From assembly GCA_004022145.1 (NCBI GenBank), contig RCNU01000001.1: DNA of 64,000 nucleotides, one strand, 5' to 3'. The stretch is from Paecilomyces variotii (lineage: Eukaryota). This document shows positions 55,501 through 64,000 of the stretch, in pieces (positions within the stretch are counted from its first letter, which is position 1; each line of letters begins with the position of its first letter). The notes under the pieces are model-generated. The model ran no database searches. It had not been told where the DNA came from and saw nothing but the letters and a program-made list of their open reading frames with translations. The translations under genes and the position numbers were made by a program.

Positions 55501-58500
55501 TAAAGCATTTTCCTGCTATAAATGCGATAATCTCCTCTTATAGTAGAAGGGGGTAAGCATTAGGTTTAATAATATAGTTTAGCCTATAGATATTTATAAT
55601 TACCCTACCTTTATAAATTATTGTTCTATTATACTTAATATTATGCTAGATAATAAATATAAGATATTCGCTTAGCATATAGTTAATAATATATTTTATT
55701 CTGCTCTAGTAATATAGCTTATTAAAGGTTTAATTAATAATTTTATAGTCCTTAAGGCCGAGAGGGTAAATCTTAGTATACTTAAAGATACTTAATTTCT
55801 AATTTTCCTTTAATAGGATTATTATCTACTAATCTAGGGGAATATTAGTAAATCTATAGTCTAACTAAATATTATAAGCTCTAATTACCTTCTTAAGCTT
55901 ATTAGTAATATCTGGGGGCCTATAAATAGTAATACTAATATTAAATTTCCTCTTAAGGCTCAGATTATTACCTTAAATAGCCAGTCCCTTAGCTTTACTA
56001 AGGGATAATAATGCTAACTACGCCAGCGGTGCTGCAATCGGGTTAATATAGAATATATTAGTCTTCTTATACTTACTAACTAGACCTAAGCGCATCTTCT
56101 ATAGAATAGCCTATTCCTTATTTATAGTGTTAATTGCTTAAATAAAGGTAAAGTTAGCATTTACTAGATAAGCATATAGACTTATTCCTTAGTAGTTAGG
56201 CTTAAAGAGATAATTATAATCTTCTGCGAGATATCCTTTAAAGTATATTAAAATATACATAGAACTATTTAGTAGCACTACTATTCTGTATATAGAATAG
56301 ACTAGTTACAGTAAACTATAGTTTGGCTTTACAGTAATTATTAATAGGATGCAGATATTTTTAACAATAATATAAGCTAAAGTAGTAAGGTATATTAATA
56401 TACTATAGTAACTTATTATATTAACTCTAAATAAAAGGTTTGTTTTAAGATAATTAACTAAATAGGCTTTAATTTTAAGCTAAAGTATTATAGGCTTAGA
56501 ATAATAGATAGCTAGATAATTTAATATAAGTTAAATATAGGCTAATAAATTATATACTATAAGTCCTATCCTATTAATCTTTATTTTAAATATATAATAG
56601 ATTTTCGCTTGCGGTATAACTTGCTTAAGAAATATCTTATTAATTATTATTATAGAGCAACTTAAATCTAAGCAGGTTGGCTCTGCCTTAGTGCTGCCAG
56701 TAATATATACTTTTACTATAGTATAATACTATCCGCGAAAGGTATATCTTAGAGGAGCTTATTTAACTAGGGACTCAGCAATAATAAGTTATAGTATAGC
56801 TATAGCTATCTGTGTAGTAATAGGTAACGCGACATTAGATAACGCGATATTAAATAACGCGATATTAGAGGCTTTAATAATAAGGGAATATAATATTAAT
56901 TTTTAATAATAATTAGTATCGCGTAGATAATTATAGAGCTTATTATTTAACTAGAAGACTATCTAATATAGCTGGCATTTAAATAGAGAAGTAATCTATA
57001 ATATAGCATAGTTAATATAAATATTATAATTGTCTTTAATATAGTCTATATATTAAGGATTATTATATCTATCTTAATAACTATCTTAGTAATAGTAGCT
57101 ATTATATTCTTTAGAAAAGTTAATTAAATCTAGGGTCTAATTAAGAGGTATTATATTATATACTTCTAAGCCGAGTATATTATAACCTTACTAACTATAG
57201 CTTCTATCTATAGTATTTATAGCTTAACCTATTTTAGCACTTATATAGGCTGCAGCTTACAGCTATACTAGAAAAGGAGAATATTAATTATTATTTTTAT
57301 ATTATTAGGAGTAGTTTCTATTTAAAGTATAATTCTAATTCTAATTATTATATTATAGGAACTAGCGCGGCTATATTAAGGATTAGCCTATATTCTATAT
57401 CTGATATTATTATATTTATATATTAGACTAGTTTAGTTAGTAGGGCGTATAGTTATAGCCTTAACTTTTAGTCTTTCTATCTTTTATCTAGTTATTAATA
57501 TTAATATTATTTTAGTTTTACCTTAGTGCGATCGGAAAGGGAGAATAATAAAAAAAGGGAGTTCTTTAATTACTATAATTATACTGTTAGTAATAGTATC
57601 TATTCTTATCTGCCTGTTTTTGCTAGATAATATATGCTTTCTTAATATATTTAATAAAGTTAGAGAGCGTGGTATTAAGTTATAGCACCTATATATCTTA
57701 TTTTAAAGATAATAAAAATTTATTCTATATAACTAAGAGCTGACTATATATCTTAATAGTGCCTATGGCATATAACAGTTATAATACTTATTAGATAAAT
57801 CCCTAGGGTATCTAACCTATAGCGATATTCTGTATAATATAGTATAGAGATTCTAATTATCTTATTACTATAGTAGTATTAAGCTTAAAGCGCTTTATTA
57901 TTATAGGGATCTATTTCTCCTTAATTAGATAGTTTTATAAGAAGTTATAATTGCTGTTAGATAACTCCGCTGCATATTATTATAGTATAAGGCCTTATAA
58001 AGATCTTTAGATATAGCCTTAGACTAGGGCTTTTTCTTTTATTATAGCTAAGTTATGAATATAGTTAATAAAAATATATATATCCCTATAATATATATAA
58101 CTATTAACTATAACTATTAGGCCTGTGCTAATATAGTCTATATTACTAAGGTTAGGGTAAAAGTATCTTAGCTCTACCTACTTCTATAGTATATTATTAA
58201 TTATAGTGCTTATTAGTATCTCTAGGGCAAATCTAGCATTTAGGTTTATTAAAGGATTATAGCGAAGAGTTTAGTTTTAAACTAGTTATTATTATTAATT
58301 TTACTATTATTAATGCTATTGCTATTAGTATTGCTGCTATTAATAGCTAGATTAGCCGTTATTTTAAGCTATATTATTTTGCGCTATATCGTTCTGACTT
58401 ATAAGGTATTTTATTATTTAGTGATTTTAGTCTAATATAGCCCTTGTATTTTCTACTATTTGCTAATTTGATTCTATTATCTGCTAGAATATCTCTATTA

Positions 58501-59754
58501 ATATAGTATTGGAGTTAGTAGCTAGTAATACTAGAGATATAGCTGGGTTAGTAATATTTGCTATATTGTTAATATTCGCTGCTAGTTATATTAAGGCTTT
58601 ACTTAAATACAGCAGTAGGTCTAGAAAATAACATAGTAGGTTAAATAATAAGACCCTTTAATACCTAGTTCTCTAGCTTTAGAAGATAGAATTCTAGAAA
58701 TTTCTAATAACTAGATTAGGCAAGGATAGATGAGAAGATAAGACAACTAGAATATATAACCTAGGTTGCTCTTATTACTTCTGCTAGGGTTTATCTTATA
58801 ATAGAGCTATAGAGGTACTATATAAATATATAGAATATAGTCTATCTAGCAGCTGTATAGGTTCTATTGTAAAATTAGCTAGGTTTACTATATTAGTTTA
58901 CTACTTCTAGAAAATAAGATGCTCTATTAATATTAAGGCAAATTTAAGAAAGTCTTTAATAGTACTATAGAGTATAGATTAATTTATTGCCTATAATGTA
59001 GGAAATATAAATTATCTTGCTTAAGGAGGAGATGCTTATAGCTTAATCTGAAATACTTTAGTATAGGCTAATAAAGTATACTTTAAAGAGTTATATCCCG
59101 GGTAGTAAGATAAGATAAAATTGATAAGATTAATAGTTTTACAGTTAAACTGATCCTTGAACTAAGAAGTTACTGTTTGAAATATTATTAGACTATATAT
59201 AAGCTTTAGTATCTCTCTGGATAATATAGAGAGATATTGGCTTTAATCTGTTTCCTTTAAAGACTGGCTTATTATAAAGGCTTAACCTTAGCTTCTCTAA
59301 GTAAGATACCTAGTAGGAGAGACTGAAGCCAGATTATAATAATACTGGGGATAAAAATAATAAAACTAATAATATAATATAGGATTCTAATAAAAAAGAT
59401 AGGGCTTTAAATATAAGTATTCTTAGCTAACCTATAGTATCCTTAGGCATAAAATATATGAGATAATTTAATATAAATAATTTAACAATAGACGCTAAAT
59501 TAGGACTAATAGAGGCAGAGCTTAATAATATTAAGATAAATCTTAATAAAAAGGGATATAAAGAATAGGCAATATAAAGACTTCTAATAATAATAGACAA
59601 CTTTATATATAATAGAGAAAAGACTGCAGATAACCTACTAGTATTAAAAGCTAGCTTAAGATAATAATTAAATAGTATAGCAGATTACTATAATAGTTTT
59701 TAAGATATTTCTAATAATAGTTAGGTCCTAGATAACCTTAATATATTACTAAAT

Positions 59755-59920
59755 TATTACAGTATAGGGGATAAAGAAATTATTCTTCTATTAGCTATAT
59801 AAAGAAATAACTATATAGCTAAGTTATTGGCCTAAGGCTCCTGTACCTTATATCTTTATACTCTATTAAGGTAGTAGGTAGGCGACACTAAGGTAGTATT
59901 ATATGCCTGTGTCTATGTCA
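59755..59920 (-). repeat. Gypsy B LTR copy 2 (internal)
   Basis: tattacagtataggggataaag...ctatgtca. Confidence 0.93.
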
Positions 59921-62900
59921 ATAATACTATCTGTAAAAAGCATATCTTAGAGGAGCTTATTTAACTAGGGATTTAGCAATAATAAGTTATAGTATAGCTA
60001 TAGCTATCCGCGTAGTAATAAGTAACGCAATATTAAATAATATAATATTAAATAATATAATATTAGAGGCTTTAATAATAAGAGAATATAGCATTAATTT
60101 TTAATAATAATTAGTATTATATAGATAATTATAGAGCTTATTATTTAATTAGAAGATTACTTAGTACAGCTAGTATTTAAATAGAGGAATAATCTATAAT
60201 ATAGTATAGTTAATATAAGTATTATAGTTATCTTTAATATAATCTATATATTAAGAATTATTATATCTATTTTAGTAATTATCTTAATAATAATAGCTGT
60301 TATATTCTTTAAAAAAGTTAATTAAATCTGGGGTCTAATTAAGAGATATTATATTATATATTTCTAAGCTAAATATATTATAATCTTACTAACTATAGTT
60401 TCTATTTATAATATTTATAGCTTAATCTATTTTAATACTTATATAGACTGTAGCTTGCAGCTATATTAGAAAAAGAAGATTTTAATTATTATTTCTATAC
60501 TGTTAGAAGTAGTTCCTGTTTAAAGTATAATTCTAATTTTAGTTATTATATTATAAGAATTAGCGCGGTTATACTAGAGATTAGCCTATATTCTGCATCT
60601 AATATTATTATATTTATATATTAGATTAGTTTAGTTAGTAGGGCATATAATTATAGCCTTAACTTTTAGTCTTTCTATCTTTTATCTAGTTATTAATATT
60701 AGTATTATATTAGTTCTGCCTTAATATAACTAGAAAAGGAGGATAATAAGAAAAGGAAATTCTTTAATTATTATAATTATATTATTAATAATAGTATTTA
60801 TTCTTATCTGCCTATTTTTATTAGATAATATATATTTCCTTAATATATTTAATAAAGTTAGAGAGTATAATATTAAGTTATAGCGCCTATATATTTTATT
60901 TTAAAAATAATAAAAATTTATTTTATATAACTAAGAGCTAACTATATATTTTAATAATGCCTGCAGCATATAATAATTGCAATATTTATTAAATAAATCC
61001 TTAGGATATTTAATCTATAGCAATATCCTATATAATATAGTATAAAGATTTTAATTATCTTATTACTATAATAATATTAAGCTTAAAGTACTTTATTATT
61101 ATAAGGATTTATCTTTCTTTAATTAGATAATTTTATAGGAAGTTATAATTATTATTAGATAATTCTGCTATATACTATTATAATATAAGGCCTTATAAAA
61201 ATCTTTAGATATAGCCTTAGATTAGGACTTTTCTTTTTATTATAGCTAAGTTATAAATATAGTTAGTAAAAATATATATATCCCTATAATATATATAACT
61301 ACTAATTATAACTATTAGGCCTATATTAATATAGTCTATATTACTAAGGTTAAGATAAAAATATTTTAGCTCTACCTACTTCTATAGCATATTATTAATT
61401 ATAATATTTATTAGTATTCCTAGGGTAAATCTAGTATTTAGGTTTATTAAAGAATTATAGCAAAGAGTTTAGTTTTAAACTAATTACTATTATTAATCTT
61501 ACTATTATTAATACTATTATTATTAATATTACTGCTGTTAATAACTAAGTTAGCTATTATTTTAAGCTATATTATTTTGCGCTATATTATTCTAACTTAT
61601 AAGATATTCTATTATTTAGCGATTTTAGTCTAATATAGCTCTTATATTTTCTACTATTTATTAATTTAATTCTATTATCTGCTAGAATATCTCTATTAAT
61701 ATAGTATTAGAGTTAATAGCCGGCGATACTAAAGGTACAGCCAGATTAGTAATATTTGCTATATTATTAAGGTTTACTGCTAGTTATATTAAGGCTTTAT
61801 TTAAATATAGTAATAAGTCTAGAAAATAATACAGTAGATTAAATAATAAGACTCTTTAATATCTAGTTCTCTAGCTTTAGAAGATAAAATTCTAGAAATT
61901 TCTAATAACTAGATTAGGCGAGAATAGATAAGAAAGTAAGATAACTAGAATATATAACCTAGATTACTCTTACTACTTTTATTAGGGTTTATTTTATAAT
62001 AGAGCTATAGAGATATTACGCAAATATATAGAATATAGTTTATCTAATAGCTATATAGGTTCTATTATAAAATCGGCTAGGTCTGCTGTATTAATTTGCT
62101 ATTTCTAGAAAGTAGAATATTTTATTAATATTAAGGCAAACTTAAGAAAGTCTTTAATAGTATTATAAAATATAAATTAATCTATTACTTATAATATAGG
62201 AAATATAAATTATTTTATTTAAGGAGAAGATATTTATAGCTTAATCTAAAATACTTTAATATAGGCTAATAAAATATATTTTAAAGAGTTATATCCCGGG
62301 TAATAGAATAAGATAAAATTAATAAGATTAATAATTTTACAGTTAAACTAATCCTTAAATTAAGAAATTATTATTTAAAATGCTGCTAGATTATATATAA
62401 GCTTTAATATCTTTTTAAATAGTATAGGGAGATATTAGCTTTAATCTATTTTCTCTAAAGACTAGCTTATTATAAAGGCTTAATCTTAGCTTTTTTAAGT
62501 AAGATATCTAGTAAAAGAGACTAAAGCCAGATTATAATAATACTAGAGATAAAAATAATAAAACTAATAATATAATATAGGATTCTAATAAAAAAAGTAA
62601 GGCTTTAAATATAAGTATTCTTAGTTAACCTATAATATCCCTAGGTATAGGATATATAAAATAACTTAATATAAATAATTTAATAATAGACGCTAAATTA
62701 GGACTAATAGAGATAAAGCTTAATAATATTAAAATAAATCTTAATAAAAAGAGATATAGAGGATAAGTAATATAAAGACTTTTAATAATAATAGATAACT
62801 TTATATATAATAGAGAAAAGACTATAGATAACCTGTTAGCATTAAAAGCTAGCTTAAGATAATAATTAAATAATATAATAAATTACTATAATAGTTTTTA

Positions 62901-62952
62901 AGATACTCTTAATAATAGTTAGATCCTAAATAATCTTAATATACTACTAAAT

Positions 62953-63118
62953 TATTATAGTATAGGGGATAAAGAAGTTATCTTTTTATTAGCTATATAA
63001 GGAAATAATTATATAGCTAAGTTATTAGCCTGAGGCTTCTATACCTTGTATTTTTATACTCTATTAAGATAGCAGGCAGGCGACGCTAAGGTAGTATTAT
63101 ACGCCCATGTCTATGTTA
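62953..63118 (-). repeat. Gypsy B LTR copy 3 (outer 5' LTR)
   Basis: tattatagtataggggataaag...ctatgtta followed by TSD attat. Confidence 0.93.
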
Positions 63119-64000
63119 ATTATATTACTAGATCTTTAATAAAATAATACTAAATTTTTAGTTATATTAATTAAAGTAATCTGCTCTACTTAATATATAA
63201 TTCTTTTTTTAATATTGCTGTTATAGGAGCTAAAGATCTTTTATTTTATACTATTTACTAATAGATTAAAATTATTAAATAGGTTTTATAAAGGCCTATG
63301 CCTAGAGCTATAGTATCTGCTAAATATCTTTATATTAATATTATTAGTAGCGGGCGTATATTAGATTATAAAACAGATAAAGACCTCCCCAGCTATATTA
63401 AAATAAGATATATATTATTAATTATAGATAACGCTACTCGCTATAGGTAGATATATCTTATAATAGACAGAGCCTATATTTTATCTTTTATTAATAATTT
63501 AATATATTAATTAAATACAGAGAGTTTTATAGTTATATATATTTAATTAAATAATAAGCTCTATACTAAAGCTTTAAATACTTTTTTTAAAATACTAGGC
63601 ATTGCCTATAAACCTATAGCTACTTATATACTTTAGTAAAATAGTATAAGCAAATGCTTTATAAGGACTATTATAGAGCGAGCTTAAGCTATAATAATTA
63701 ACTCTAGCTTAAAGTACTTCTTTTAGCTATATATTATCTAGTATAGTATATATATTATAAACTAAATCCCTACTTTAATTCTATTATTCTATAACTATAT
63801 TTTAGGAGCTATATCTTATAGTAGCAATATTAAGCCTATTAAATAATATATCCTAGCTTAAGCTTAAAGGAATACTCTTATTATAGCTTTATATCTATAC
63901 TAATTTAGAGCTTTAATATATTATTTACTAATTAACCCTAAAGCTTTATTAAGTAAGCTTCTTTTAAAGGATAAACTAGCCCTTTTTTTTAGTATATCTA

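Larger units (their letters stand above)
52427..63118 (-). mobile_element. RIP-mutated Ty3/gypsy chromovirus B with three LTRs, TSD ATTAT
   Basis: 166-bp LTRs; TSD 52422-52426 and 63119-63123; PPT (aaagggggt on minus) at about 52597-52605. Motifs: PR CLDLSC = CLDSGC (about 56660-56675), RT PNAYPL..SYRGQE..YINN (55295-55570), IN HPQTDGQSE-like (about 53525-53552), chromodomain KYLVC*KRYS = EYLVRWKGYG (about 52850-52880). Confidence 0.93.
56723..63118. repeat. Tandem duplication of 3198 bp (56723-59920 and 59921-63118)
   Basis: Colinear similarity at a 3198-bp offset at both ends; the differences I inspected are C/T and G/A transitions. Confidence 0.93.
44141..64000 (+). mobile_element. RIP-mutated Ty1/copia LTR retrotransposon (host element; continues past the window end), interrupted twice
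   Basis: De-RIP translation: gag LNSSNF*NW-like (about 45120), CCHC knuckle (about 51740-51783), protease *ILDIRSD = WILDTGSD (about 51947), GAG-pre-integrase WHxxFGH..CxxC (about 63140-63260), integrase LHVDI and TPQQNGVSER (63320-63790). Order gag-PR-IN is copia-type. Confidence 0.88.

Noticed and set aside
52427..63118. Initially read as a second copia element because of its PPT
   Set aside because: The RT motifs and the PR-RT-IN-chromodomain order are gypsy-type.

Overview
Filamentous ascomycete genomic DNA, Eurotiales-like, inferred from the intron-containing genes and the idh1-ppgA-pre10-rib4-gfa1-set1 gene order. Positions 1-28.8 kb are mostly conserved housekeeping genes: a DUF3844 membrane protein, NAD-IDH subunit 1, an alpha-pheromone precursor, proteasome alpha7, lumazine synthase, GFAT, Set1, Trm112 and a Rad60/Esc2-like protein, with a gene-poor relic patch at 4.4-8.8 kb. 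Positions 28.8-38.6 kb form an accessory island: an ankyrin relic, a divergent Zn2Cys6 TF/secreted alpha-beta hydrolase pair, a 2.3 kb insert bracketed by a duplicate of the hydrolase 3' end and carrying a SIM-plus-retropepsin-like relic, a dispersed 5S rRNA gene and an orphan gene. Positions 38.7-43.6 kb hold SNG1-like, Con-6-like and guanine deaminase genes. From about 44.1 kb to the end is an AT-rich, RIP-destroyed block with no ORFs. Manual translation resolves it into a Ty1/copia element with an un-RIPped 5' LTR and PBS, interrupted by two different chromodomain Ty3/gypsy elements, each with intact 5-bp TSDs. The second gypsy element has three LTRs and a 3198-bp tandem duplication of LTR plus gag. 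All motif calls were made by eye, with no database searches.
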